DNA of 248,000 bases from Wallemia ichthyophaga EXF-994 (Eukaryota > Fungi > Basidiomycota). Below, in pieces: positions 207,023-220,187 of this stretch. The position numbers were made by a program, and so were the translations under genes. Positions within the stretch are counted from its first letter, which is position 1; each line of letters opens with the position of its first letter. The stretch lies in NCBI RefSeq assembly GCF_000400465.1, contig NW_008806281.1, positions 20,001 through 268,000 of the forward strand, read 5' to 3'. The notes beneath the pieces are model-generated. The model had not been told where the DNA came from. It did not search any database and saw only the letters and a program-made list of their open reading frames with translations.

Positions 207023-209298
207023 ATGGAAATAAAATTAAAGCCATTTGGTATAAAATCTGGAGAAATAGACAAATTTAAATTATCCAATAGATTTATTTCT
207101 AATAATCAAAGTACAAATAATGAGATTATTTTAAATATCAACTCGTTTGAGCGTCTTAACCAGCTTGAGCATGATAGATTGATCTATTTCGCGTGTCATG
207201 ACCCACTTGACCAACAAAATAGATCCCTTATTCACGCTGTTTATCCTATTTTCACTTCCTTACAACGCATACAAGATTTAAACCAATCAAATCTATCAAC
207301 TTACTCAAGATTTTCATCTTTATTCAAATCCACCTTGAACCAGCACTTGGATCATTGCAGTCCAACCAATCTACTCCACTCAGCTAATGTTTACGCTATT
207401 TGGTCCTTCTCTCATCTCCTCTATTTCCCTATCGATGGTCGTGGTGAAGGCATCGTCGCAGAAGAAATTCTAGATTGGATAAACACTATCGATATAGCTC
207501 CCACAACCGAAGAAGGCTTGGAGATTACCTCTTCAAATACCCCTCACCTTCATCACAACTTCTGGCCTTACATTTACAAATCCATTATTAGAGGTTTCCA
207601 TAAAACTGCAACACAGCCCCTTCACTCTTTACTCTCTCACCCAACTAAATCCATCAGCTCCACCGCTGAACGTCTCATTTCCCTTTTATACACCTTCCCT
207701 CGCTCGACCACCTACCAATTCGAACTTGATTACTTGGCTGCACATAGATCTTGGAGAGATGAAGCTAAACGAAGCTTATCTAGTATCGCCGATTTGTCTC
207801 AATATGCTGACGAATTTACAAAATACGTCTTTGATGACATCACCCTAGCTCTTCAACTTCTCTGTGGAAAGAAGGACAAAATCTTCCAAGTTGCAGACGA
207901 TTGGAGGGAGTGCCTCGCTGCTTTCGGCTTGTTTGTCGTTCCTTCCCTCCGCCGTGACGATATCCCGAGCGTTATTGATGAAATTTTCAACCAACTCCCC
208001 CTCGACACCACTCTCCCCGATCAGTGTATAGAAGCTGCTCTTGCTACTGCCGACACCACTAAAGTGAGTTGCATTATTTAATTGCGGCAAACCTAATCAA
208101 ATTAACCAGGCCATCACTTTATCCAACGAATTCGATCCATGGCTTGTTGCACACTTGACTGATCTGCTCGACAAAATTGGCGCTGTCGATCACGATCCAC
208201 AGTGAGTGTTTGTCTACCCTCCAAATCGTCTAACCCGTGTTGTAGATTCCCACTATCTCTCAGACAGCACTTCCTACTTCAATACGCAGATAAACTCGCA
208301 TCGGACCCTGGACTATGGACTATAACACTCGACTACTACGCCCAATGTGGAGTCGAAGGCGCAAGTCGAGTGAGAGCGTTGATAGTGCGTGTACCTCTCC
208401 AGCTCGATGCGCGCAGCGATCGCGACAACAAGATGGACGCTGACAATGTCTTTGATATTTCAACCGACTTGCCCAACTTAACGAGAGTAGAGGAGATACT
208501 GTCCATCTGCCAAGAGTACGCTCTCGAAGAAGAAGCGTCGGAGGTTTGCAGGAACACGGCTGAGCAGTTGCTCGACAGAGGGTTCTATGGGCTCGCCGTA
208601 GCTTTCTGCATCAGAGCGAAAGAGGCGCGCAAGCTCGGTCGTATCACTGACCTCATCCTCGAGGAATACATCACTCATGGCCAGACAGTCTTCAGCAATC
208701 TCGTCAACACTATCCCGACATCCCTCCTCAACGTGACGACGTCGTCTGCTGGTGGAATTGCCGATGGTGGAGATAGTGGCGATATGGGCAGCTTGGAAAT
208801 AGAGAATGATGGCACTCAGGATGCTTCGGCTCGCGCTCTAGCCAGAGATCCTGCCGTTTCATCGCGATTGGCTTTCCTAGCGCGCTACAAAGAGTTCCAT
208901 AGTCACCTGAAAACTAATAATAGAGAAAACGCGGCTGTTTTACTTGTTGAGATGCTTTCCACTGAGATGGCTCCAAGACGTTTCTGGAGTGTTTTGTTGG
209001 CTGACGCACTCCCACTGCTAGAATGTGAGTTATTTCCCTCCTTCTCATCACAATTTGGCTCACATCTGCAGACTCTGAAATACTCTTCACTACGGAAGAA
209101 GCGTATGAGTTATTGAGGATATTGGAGGACGTGCATACTGGCGTGCGCGCTAACAGCGAGAGAGAATATTTAGATCCATTGGCTCGTCTGCTTGCTAAAG
209201 ATGGCACACCATCGTACCATCGCGCATTATCTGAGTTGGAAGTCGTTAGGCTAGCACTGGCGAGATACATAGCCAAATGCTGTGTATTGGTTGAATAG
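207023..209298 (+). CDS. NUP85: nucleoporin Nup85
   Basis: EEILDWIN, FWPYI...RG, WLVAHL.D. Confidence 0.85.
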
Positions 209299-209425
209299 AA
209301 TGTAATATATTATTTATAACTCGTTTAGCTTGTTTGCTGGAAATATTGTTACAATGCTTGTTGCTCAGTGGTAATAATGATAAAATGCCCTTGCTACTTT
209401 AGTTTATTTTAGTTAAATTGTCGAC

Positions 209426-211372
209426 TTAGACATTCTCAAGTGTCTTGTGCCATTCTATAACTCGTCTATGAGCCATAACCTTGTCAGGCTTGAAACCTAG
209501 TATCTGTAGTCCATCCAACGAGGTAGCACGAGAGATAGCGACGTAACATTGACCTCTTTCGAAAATAGATGACAAATCGACTTTGACTCTCTCGAGCGTC
209601 TGACCTTGTGATTTGTGTATCGACATTGACCAAGCCAAGATGAGCGGAACTTGATTTCTACTTGCTTCAATCTTTCCATTAACGCCCTCTGTTCTCCATA
209701 CATCTGGAACACACAGCAATTCTCTGTATCCGCCATTTGGGAGCAAGAAGTGTACAAGAGGGTAAGCAGTTCCTTGATCTTTTTTTGTTGGCTGTCCACT
209801 GACTTGGGGATCCCCTTTCCTTGCGCCCAAAGCAGCTGAACGAGCTTTATGCACGCTATCATCGTACTCTTCATCCTCCTCTAATCTTTTACTTGCTTCA
209901 CCACGCGTGTATCTTACAGCATCAATAAAATCTATGACCCTTCCTAGTGAGCCATTCACTAACGTTTCGTCAATGTTCTTAATTAGCATTACTTGACAAC
210001 CGAGTTTGATATGCAGCTGTTTCGGTGCCATGAAGTTGGACAAGACCTTGTCACGCTGATCGACAGGCAGCTCGCCCGAGTCTAATGCACTGAATGTTTT
210101 TGTTTCACCTTCAAGTTGATTCATTCTGCCATTGTTCGATTGATCGACTTGCTGACGCAGCGGGTAGAGCTCAGTCGGCTGAATTTGATCAGCAAATACC
210201 AGTGGTCTTGAAAGACTCTTGAATATTCTAATCGAGTTGTCTGAAAGCTTCCCGAAACGCATCTCGTTAAGCATATTGATGAACGTCTCATCTCTCTGAC
210301 GGAACACTTGGCGGAGGTTGATTGTATGTGCAATGACACGCGTCCAGGATTCAGCGTCAAAGCAGAAATTTGGTGCTGAACCTTTACTAACGGGTGGAAG
210401 TTGAAAGAAATCACCACAAACGACAATCTGAATATTTCCGAAAGGTTCAGGACGTTTACGGATGTTCCTTGCTAACCCTTCAAGCTTGTCGAATAGTTCA
210501 CCATCAACCATGGATACTTGAAATTTGTGAGTAAATGGAGTCACATTGTGAAAAAACCTCCACACACCTTCATCAATGATGAGTACCTTAACTCTAGTCC
210601 ACCGTTTCAATGCTTTTGGGTTACGTTTGACTTTCTGCGTGAGAGCGTTGACGTTCTCATTACACAAACCACATCCTGTGAAGGAATGCAGAGTTGTACC
210701 ACCGATGTTACACGCCGCAATACCAGTGGAAGCAGTAACAGCAACGCTTTCGGGGCCCTTTTTGAATTTCTTGCGCAGACTGGTTATAATTTCTCTGAGA
210801 AGGACGGATTTACCAGTACCTGCGGAACCGGTGAAGAAGACATTTTTAGATTCATCGACGACCATCTGCAAGACTTTCTGCTGTTCATTGGAGAGTCTAA
210901 GTTTGCGCTGTACGAGGGGTGCGGGAGTCGCAGATGAAGTTGGGTTGTTAACTTTAGCCACGTCTGGAGGGGGTTGATTGAATGATTTGGGATCATTGCT
211001 GTCCTTAGACTCCTTCGAAACCTTTGCATCCCTAGCGTCCCTACCATCCAGATCAGAATCGTTGAGTACAAAAGATCTCTTTTCTTGAATCGGCTTGAGC
211101 TTCTTTGGAGCGTGTTCTTGAGTCGGCGCGGATAACGCTGAACCAGTGGATGCATTGGAGAGTGCTGCCATTATAGCAGCACGTCGACGAGCAGCGCCGT
211201 CCGTAGCATTCTTTTGAGGCGCTGGCTTTTCTTCTTTTGAATCGTGATTGGCGTCGTCCCAGGAGCGCTTGAAGGACTGGAAACAAGGAAATTAGAAAGG
211301 ATTTGAGTGGATTACTGGCCATCTCACGTTCAGCTTCGAATCCGTGTTGGTTGCTTTGAGTGGGCCGCCCAT
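209426..211372 (-). CDS. PIF1: Pif1 DNA helicase
   Basis: TGSAGTGKS, GDFFQLPPV, SIHKSQGQT. Confidence 0.96.
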
Positions 211373-211557
211373 AACGATGACACAATGATGGACGTATGCA
211401 AGCACAGCACGAGTAAGATAAGACAAGGGAAAAATAAATGTAAAAGTAAAAAGCATCTTCAGAGGTTTTAAACATGGAAAAGGTATACCATTCATTGCTC
211501 ATATTGCTCATATTGCTCATATTGCTCATATTACTCCTCTTGCTTATAATGCAGATA

Positions 211558-212193
211558 TTACTCCTCTTGCTCAGCCTTCTTTGCCCTCTCTGAAATGATC
211601 TTGGCACCCACATTTCTAACATTCTCCTCAGCGCGTTCAACACCAAGTGATTTAGCAGCTTTGTAGTTGTCTAGAGCGCTCTCCAGTTGCCCAGTTGCCT
211701 CACTGACGACGCCCAGATTAAAAGCGACTTCAGGGTCATCTGGGTTTACATCTCGTGCTTGAGTGAGGTACTCGAGTGCTTTAGCTGGGTTGGAAGGCGA
211801 TGACAGTATATGGGCAGAAGCGAGGTTCGATAGGAGGTCAGAGGTGGGCTCGATAGCCAGGCTTTTCTCCCAAGTGGCTATAGCGCCTTGAATGTCCTTG
211901 GTATAGAATTGAGTCACGCCCAAATTGAACAAACCCATAGCTGCAGTTTTTCCTTCCTTTTGTATATCAAGCGATCTTTGGTACTTTTCTTTGGCGCCTT
212001 CAACGTCACCCTCATTAAGTACTCTAGTGCCTTCCTCAATTTCATCAATAGCCTGTGCCTCTGGATCGAATGAATATCCAGATGCTTTGCGGATAGTGAG
212101 TGGAGTGAGTGGCTTGGAAAATGATTTCAAGGTAGGCTTGACGATGCTAGCACTCCTATTAATACTCCTCGCTAATCCTGCGAATCTAAACAT
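211558..212193 (-). CDS. mitochondrial TPR protein
   Basis: Presequence plus 3-4 TPRs. Confidence 0.75.
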   Translation of the reverse strand: MFRFAGLARSINRSASIVKPTLKSFSKPLTPLTIRKASGYSFDPEAQAIDEIEEGTRVLNEGDVEGAKEKYQRSLDIQKEGKTAAMGLFNLGVTQFYTKDIQGAIATWEKSLAIEPTSDLLSNLASAHILSSPSNPAKALEYLTQARDVNPDDPEVAFNLGVVSEATGQLESALDNYKAAKSLGVERAEENVRNVGAKIISERAKKAEQEE

Positions 212194-212263
212194 TTTAGTT
212201 GAGATGAGCGTCGTCTTCTCCCTTCAACTTGAAATCCAATCAAAGAGGCAAATATATTGATTC

Positions 212264-213036
212264 ATGTGGCCATTCACCAAGCAAGACACTAGCAATTCTA
212301 CAGCTTCTGATTTGGCTCCAGACACCACCTTATCCAGCACACAGCCCATCAATACACAGCCCACCAACACCCGCACACAACCCACTGCCACTCAAGCCAC
212401 CTCTGCCCAGGATGTACTCTCAATTGACCCAACAACCCTCCATCCAATGGCAGACGTCGGCGATAAACTCGATTACCTCTTACTAGACGATGAAAAGCTG
212501 TCCGAGTTGCCTGGCTCGGAGACGGCGCTGCCTTCTCGTGGCTGGTCAGATGACCTCTGTTATGGCGTTGGTACTACTTATGTTTCTGGTCTCGGTCTTG
212601 GTGGTTTATGGGGTCTGAGAGAGGGTATGAATAAGAAACTCGCTGCGCCTGTAACGAGGTTGAGGGTGAACGCAATTCTCAACAGTTTGACCAAGCGTGG
212701 CTCATTTATTGCCAATTCTGGTGGTATCATTGGTCGGTGACAGTCTCTACCAATCGCAATTCTAACACTCCCACCAGCTATGGTTTACAACATGACAAAC
212801 TCCTCTCTCGACAGCATAAGAGGTAAGCACGACGTGCTAAATTCCATGGGCGCTGGTGCATTTTCGGGTGCTTTATTCAAATCCACGGGTGAGTTCGGAG
212901 TCTGAAACTATCGGTCTTATGAAACATCTGGCTTACGAATTATATTTCAGCCGGACTCAGACCAATGGCGATATCCGCAGGTATTTTATCCACAACCGCA
213001 GGTGGCTGGTCGTTGTTCAAGAGGAGTATTTTGTAA
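212264..213036 (+). CDS. TIM23: TIM23 translocase subunit
   Basis: SRGWSDDLCYGVG, RGS..AN. Confidence 0.93.
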
Positions 213037-213365
213037 TGTTAATCAATTCTTACTTTCAACTATTTTTGTGTATGATACCTGTGACTTGTGTGCCTGGTGA
213101 AGTTTTTACCAGGGACTGAGCCAAGTTTCAGCTCAATATTACTGCGTCCTTTAATTACTTTGCTTTGAAACCCCTCAAGCACCGCCACCGATCAACTTGA
213201 GTTGCGCGCATCATCGTGCATAAATTGCGCTGTCCCAGCGTGTCGGTCCTCTCGTCTAATCAGATCAAAACGTACGAAACCAACTAAATCAGGGCAAAAA
213301 GTTTGAAACAGTAAATGATCTTCGGTTCGACGGGTTGTAAGTTTGTTGGCAACTTTCGCTCATCA

Positions 213366-214340
213366 GTCATGTCCAAGCTTAGCTTAAATTCCATAGTCTC
213401 CAGCCCGAGTGACGACGACGACAAGAAGACGAACAGCAGAAGCTCACAGGATAGTTTGAATGGGTTAGAAAATAACATTTATTTTGATTTCTTTCCTAAT
213501 ATTCTTTATTCCAGCCGCACCCACGCACTCGAGATCATCCAGTCTCCACTACGCTCGGCAGCATTTGGATCTAGCTATTACAGTCGATTACCGCTGTCAC
213601 CGGCGCTAGTAGTAAGATTGGTGGTGAGGAATGCAGAGGGTCATGCTGTTGATATGTGCGTTGGAGTTACACAATCCGCCACTATCTAATCACCCCTATA
213701 GTCACGAGGAGTTGCCCTTCTACGTTTGTCACGCTTCGCTACTCTCAGAAGACGCAGAGTCCCACGTAGACGTCACGCAGCCCACAGAAGACGCAGATAG
213801 CGTTCCTTTGAGAATGTTGTATGGTGCACTCGTCACTACCCCTTACCAGGCACGCGGTGAGGTGGTATTCCCGTTCACAGACCTCGGCGTACGCGTCTGT
213901 GGCATCTATCGACTGAAAATATCCCTCTTCAGATTGGCAAGGTACGCCAGCTTTATTAATTTATACGTCATAATCTCAATCACACAATAGGCCAGGCTCA
214001 GAGATCAGCTCGAGCACTGCTTCCGAGACACTGTCGACTGCGATAACTGATACGTTCGAAATTGTCGAGTTGTGCAAGTATGAGGCTCCAGGTGGGGTGG
214101 ATGTTTGTGGAAATTACCTTTGCTGACAAATTTGCAAATTTGCAAATACAGCCATTACCAACTTGTCTTATGAGCTGCATGCAGCGGGTGTACCAATACA
214201 AATCCCAGACAATCAGCAGACAATCTAACGTTGGATAACTTGGGTAGGTTGTCGAAGGCGTCTGATTACCACCACTCCATCCAATCCCAAACGAGTGGAT
214301 GTGTGTGGAAGTGCACCAAGCCAATAAAAATGGCTCATTT
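213366..214340 (+). CDS. second velvet-like protein
   Basis: FGSSYYSRLPLSPALVVRL, LYGALV, FTDLGVR..G.YRLK. Confidence 0.7.
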
Positions 214341-214728
214341 AAATCTAGCTAGCTTAACTGTACATTGTGTATTAATACTGAAATTTATTCAAGTCGACCC
214401 CATCTGCTGTAGAGGTACAATGGAATTTTCTTTCTTGAGAAGTTAAGGGGAACTGTAGGCAGAGGTACTCTAGACTATAATAATTGCTCCGATAAACTTT
214501 GTATATGATAAACTTGAAAAAATTCTATTTATAGTTGACGCGCGTTAGGCTTAGTCTCACAAATCAAGTAAACTAAGTTTGTTTATAAAGTCAAGCAAGC
214601 TATGTCTGCAAACGATGCACGTAGGATTTTGTAGTACACGCAACACATTAACGCGGCTACAGTATTACAACCAGGGTGGACAGCAAGGCGGCTATTACCC
214701 GTCAGTTGAAATAAAGATATAAGATCGT

Positions 214729-215024
214729 CATGACTAACCAACAGCACAGTCCACCACCTCCCCAAGCATACGGTGGACAGGGATACGCACCTCAACAGCC
214801 ATACGGGGGCTATGCACCACAGCAGCCGGTGAGTCAAGTATTTCTAGTTTTGATGTTATAGGTGTCTGAACTCTATACAGATGTACGTTCAACCCCCACC
214901 CCAAGAGAAAGGCGGTGGCGGCGGTGCTGGTAGCAGTGCGTGTTGCGGTTGCTGTGCTTGTCTCGCCGGTATTTGCGCTTGTTGCCTTTGTGAGGATATT
215001 CTCTGTATCGAGGCGCTTTGCTAG
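214729..215024 (+). CDS. CYSTM-like Cys-rich tail peptide
   Basis: QP..GYP...ACCGCCACLAGICACCLCED. Confidence 0.7.
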
Positions 215025-215235
215025 GCGGGTGAGTGAGCGCACAACACCACACACATACCAGATATCACATATGAACATTTCTCGTTAGCATTTTAGAAAT
215101 GCACAGATGCAATCATTTATTCATTTAACTCCTTTGTTTCCTTGCTTCCTTTGAGTGATTTGCACGTGCTTGTTGCACCTCTGAGACTCAAGCTTCACGA
215201 TAAAGTCGAAAACGTCATCTTGAGGTACAACAACG

Positions 215236-216650
215236 ATGATTGCACCCGAAGAGAATGGAAATGTTCATGCCGGTGGATACGATGCACACGATACACAAGC
215301 TAAGAGGAAGACGATTGACAACCCGAATACTGCGAACGAAACCGTGAAATCTTTAAAATTGGATAATGACAATGTAAACAATGTAAACAACGCAAACAAA
215401 ATACTCCCACCAACTAATTGGAACTTGGATGTTATAAAGGATCACTATATCCGCTTGGATCCACGTTGGGCTCGCTTGTTTGAAGCTATCCCATGCAAGC
215501 CCTTCGAGCAGGATCTCAAGAAGCCGATAAATCCATTCAGAGTCATCTGCGACTCAATACTAGCTCAGCAAATTTCCTACAAAGCATCCAAGGCGTGGGT
215601 AAAGCAGGGGCAAAGATGACGTCACTAATACTCCCCAGCGTCTGCTACAAATTCGTTAGATACTACTTCCCACACCTTCCCGAAAATCGTGAGGGTGATC
215701 CTGAAGAATTCCCATCTCCAGAACAAGTCGCCAACACAAACGTTTCCAAGCTTCGAGTGGGGAATATCACAATCAACACACATTAAGTTGCTGACGAGTT
215801 GCTTAAACAGGAGATTGGATTCTCCGTAAGAAAGGGAGAGTATGGTGAGTTGAAATAACTCATAAACCTTGCTTATTTAACACACCACAGCCATCGGTCT
215901 CGCAAAGGCTTTCGTGGAGGGTAAACTTACATCCCAAAAACTCGTCGAGGCGTCTGATGAGGAATTGATGAAGATGCTAACCGATATTCGCGGTATTGGT
216001 CCTTGGACAGTTCATGTTGGTGCAGCAATACCCTTTTATTTGACATATCCCCTCACATCTGCATAGATGCTGAGTATATTCATGCTCAGAAGAACAGATA
216101 TTCTACCAACCGCTGATTTGGGTGTGCAAGCTGGGCTTGTGAAACATTTTCTAGGGTCAGAGCTAGAACTGGCGAAAAGGCACAGACAGCTTAAGGTGGA
216201 TGAGGTAGACGAGGAGAGAATTACGAAACCAGATGACAACATAAAAGGTGCACAGCAGTCAGTGGTCAAGCTTACATCTGATAAGGATTTATCGGAGAAT
216301 GTTGAACCTGAATTACCCCCGGCAGCTATTGAAATGGGGTTGAGTGTGAAAGTTCTGCAACAGCGACTGAAGAAGCGATTGAAGTGGGTACTCAACACGT
216401 GAATTGGGTTCATTCATGCCGATGCTTATGCTTTTGCTATATTCAGGGTCGGTTATCTCACGCCGGAGGAATGCGAGGCGCTAACAAGTGAATGGAGACC
216501 ATGTAAGTGTTTATTGGAGAACTATAATGTTACTTACGCGTGTCAATAGATCGAAGCATTGGAGTTTACTGTGAGTCTGAACCACACCAACCAACCCAAC
216601 TAACGCCAGATCCAGATATGTGGCTAGTTAAAGGAGATTCAGCATGATAT
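215236..216650 (+). CDS. MAG1: DNA-3-methyladenine glycosylase (HhH-GPD)
   Basis: ILAQQIS, IRGIGPWT, DILPTADLGV. Confidence 0.88.
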
Positions 216651-216906
216651 GTAGTGTACAAATGAATAAATAATTTGATAAAATTTTAGCTCAAATCGAG
216701 CTTCTTCGTTGAGACCCCCCTGCTTTAGATATATACTCACTGAGATAAAATATATGTGAGTATTATGAATAACGCGTAAATGCGTCTAATTCGTCGCAAG
216801 GTCCACAAAGAAATCTCAACAGCGGCCGTCTATCAAGCATCCTCATGACTACGTCGGCTCACAGCAGATATCATCGCCTATACTACCAACAGGCCAGCGC
216901 AGGTCG

Positions 216907-219183
216907 ATGCATCCCTCAATTGACTTTCGTAATGTTAATCTAGAGACTCAGTTTGGCGAGTACAGGCCAAAGCGCACGGCTCCATCACCGCCATCACATC
217001 CCATAACCAATCAAGCGCAGACGCATTCACAAGCGCACACTCTCAATGACATTGACTTGGGGCCACCGCTATCAACGTCTTTCACCACTCTCCCTTCCAG
217101 CGCCAGCAACAGCTTCTCACCTTGCACCGAACCTTCTTCTTCTCCCTCCACCCACGATACCGAGCAACAAACATCAAAACCTATGTCCAATTCCCTGTCC
217201 CCCCCACCGCTCGTTCATCAGAACAGCAGCCCTGTTGCTCTTATGGACAAGAGCAATCACGTCCACGAGGTGCACTCGAACACTCCCCCACAATCCCCTC
217301 AAAGACCTCCTGTCTTGCAGCGCTCAGCTACTGTTTCTGGCAATGTAAAAACCAGAGACACCTTCGATAAGGACAAGAAACGAGGCGTCTTCTCCGGTTT
217401 CGCCTCTTCGCTTTCTGATTTACTTCAGTTGCAAAAAAAGCCAGAAATCTCAACTCCTTACGATCCTGTACATTTGACGCACGTTGGTTTCAATTCTGAC
217501 ACTGGAGAATTCACTGGCTTGCCTAAAGAGTGGCAGCAGCTCTTACAGGACTCTGGTATTTCCAAGCAAGACCAAGAAGCTAACCCGCAAGCTGTTATGG
217601 ACATTGTCGCCTTTTATCAAGACGCTCAGAATGCTCAATACGGCGTTGACAATCAAGTATGGAAAAAGATGGGTGGTGTTCCTAATGGCCCTCCTAACCC
217701 TAAGGACAAAACGTGGATAGCCAGACCTGCTCCCCCACCTCCGGGTCCTCCAGCCAGGTATGGCAATACGCGCGCAGCTCCACCACCACCGCCACCTATG
217801 AATAAAAGTGTTTCGAATCCTGGCTCAGTTAGAGGTGAGACAGGTAAGGGTGAAGCTCCTAGACCTGCACCACCCCCACCTCGTCCAACGCCACCTCCAC
217901 AACTTGATAGGTCAGTCTCGCACCGTATCCCACCAAACCCTACTTCGGCGTCACAGACTCTCGAGAGAGCTAAATCTCATCAGACGAAGCCAGCTGTTGT
218001 ACCAAACATGACTTCATCGTCAACGCCATACAGTCGTGCACCTCCACCTCTGCACAACCCACAAGCATTGGGTAAACAACCCTCTGCAGCTTCTGCCGCA
218101 CTCACCAGAGCTGCGGAAAAGACCAACAAGGCTATACCACAAATACCAGGCTCATTGCAGCCCCATCAAACACAAGGTCATCCTAATCATGGTCCAGGTC
218201 CAGTACCTCGCAGAAGAGAGAATAACGGATCAAATAAACAGTCAGAGGCTGAAATTATACAAAAATTACAATCAATTTGCACAGACGCAGATCCTACAAA
218301 ACTTTACAAGAATCTTTTAAAGATTGGTCAAGGTGCTAGTGGAGGTGTGTACACTGCTTACCAATCTGGAACTAATCTCTCCGTTGCTATTAAACAAATG
218401 AATCTCGAGCAGCAGCCAAAGAAAGATCTCATTATTAATGAAATTATAGTAATGAAATCATCTCGACATGTGAACATTGTCAACTATATCGACAGTTTCC
218501 TCTTCAAAGGAGATTTATGGGTGATAATGGAGTATATGGAAGGTGGTTCACTGACGGATGTTGTGACGTGTAATATCATGACAGAAGGACAGATTGCGGC
218601 TGTGTCAAGAGAAATTTTGGAAGGATTGAGACACTTGCATGAACATGGGGTGATTCACAGGGACATAAAATCAGACAATATTTTGCTATCTATGCAGGGA
218701 GATGTTAAGCTGACAGACTTTGGTTTCTGTGCGAGGATTGGGGAGAATGCATCCCATGCCAAGAGAACAACAATGGTTGGAACACCTTACTGGATGGCGC
218801 CGGAGGTGGTGACGCGTAAAGAATATGGGAGTAAGGTCGATGTGTGGTCGCTTGGTATACTTGCGATTGAAATGATTGAAGGAGAGCCACCATACCTGAA
218901 TGAGAATCCTCTTAGAGTGGGTGAAATTGGATAAAATTTACAAGTCAACTCACATACATTTCAGGCCCTCTACTTGATTGCAACTAACGGAACACCAAAA
219001 ATACAAAGCCCAGAGAATTTATCACCAGTGTTTAGAGACTTCCTTGCTCGCTGTCTGGAAGTAGATTACGAGAGGAGAATGAATGCATTCGATATGCTCA
219101 GACATCCATTCTTGAAGATGGCTGAACCATTAAGAACTCTAGGACCATTGATAAAGGCGGCAAGGGAGCAATCGAAGAAGTAA
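216907..219183 (+). CDS. STE20: PAK kinase
   Basis: [20 protein letters not shown]; kinase [17 protein letters not shown]. Confidence 0.95.
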
Positions 219184-219639
219184 TGATAGTAAACACGGAC
219201 ATTATATCAAACCATTTCAACTAACGATAGTAGTACGTTTAACTGCGTATAATACTTTTCAACAATTTTTCAACAATTTTTCTAATTACAGCTGTACTTT
219301 TTAACTTGCTGCTCGCGGCAAGATACATACCAATTGCTCCAATATTCAAGACAAATGATCAAAACATTGAATTATTTCATATTTATTGTTATTTTGTTAA
219401 TAAAATTCATGTTACGATGCATTCTTTTAGAGTGTCTGGGATCTCCTAGAGGTGGAGTGGGGTGGTAAACAAAGACAGTATTCAAAGACAAGAAAACAGC
219501 GCGTCAAATTTATGAAACGTTCAATGTATTATGATGATAGAGAAATTCAAATCAACCCGATTTGAAGATTAAGAAAGCCATTGAGGTTCCCATGTAGAAA
219601 TATATCTATTGAGTTTGTCAGTTGATTTTATTTAAAGAA

Positions 219640-220060
219640 TTGAATAATAAACTAACAAAATGATTAGTTTCTATTGAAGTAATGAATATACACGTTAGAT
219701 TGGAATGAATATTCACTCACCGTGCGTAACGAATGATCCAAATGATTTACCAACGACGACGTGCCAAGTTGCGCCATGAACTCTATCGAACTCCTTTTTT
219801 ATGAAGCTCGCAATATCTTTTTCAATATTGTACTTTTCTAAAGCATTTGAGCTGTATAAGTGAGATTTGAATGTTTAAGCTAGGGGCAAGAAACCCACGT
219901 GATATCAATAGCAGATTGTTGTAATTCTTGTGACATATCAACATTCTATGAATCAATATTAACGTTTACATCAATCAATAAGGGTATTTGACTCACTTTG
220001 ATAACAGCTTTTGGAATCTTTGCTTTGTCTTCTTTGTTGGGAGCACCAGTCCTAAGAAAC
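219640..220060 (-). CDS. DYN2: dynein light chain LC8
   Basis: [33 protein letters not shown]. Confidence 0.9.
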
Positions 220061-220187
220061 TAAGTCAGTGCTTGTACATCTAGATATCTTATAAATACAT
220101 TTTCAATTTTACAAGTTGACGATCCTGGTTAAAGAATAGCCTTGCTACTAACGTCCAACACATTCCAGTGAAATTACTCAAAATAAT

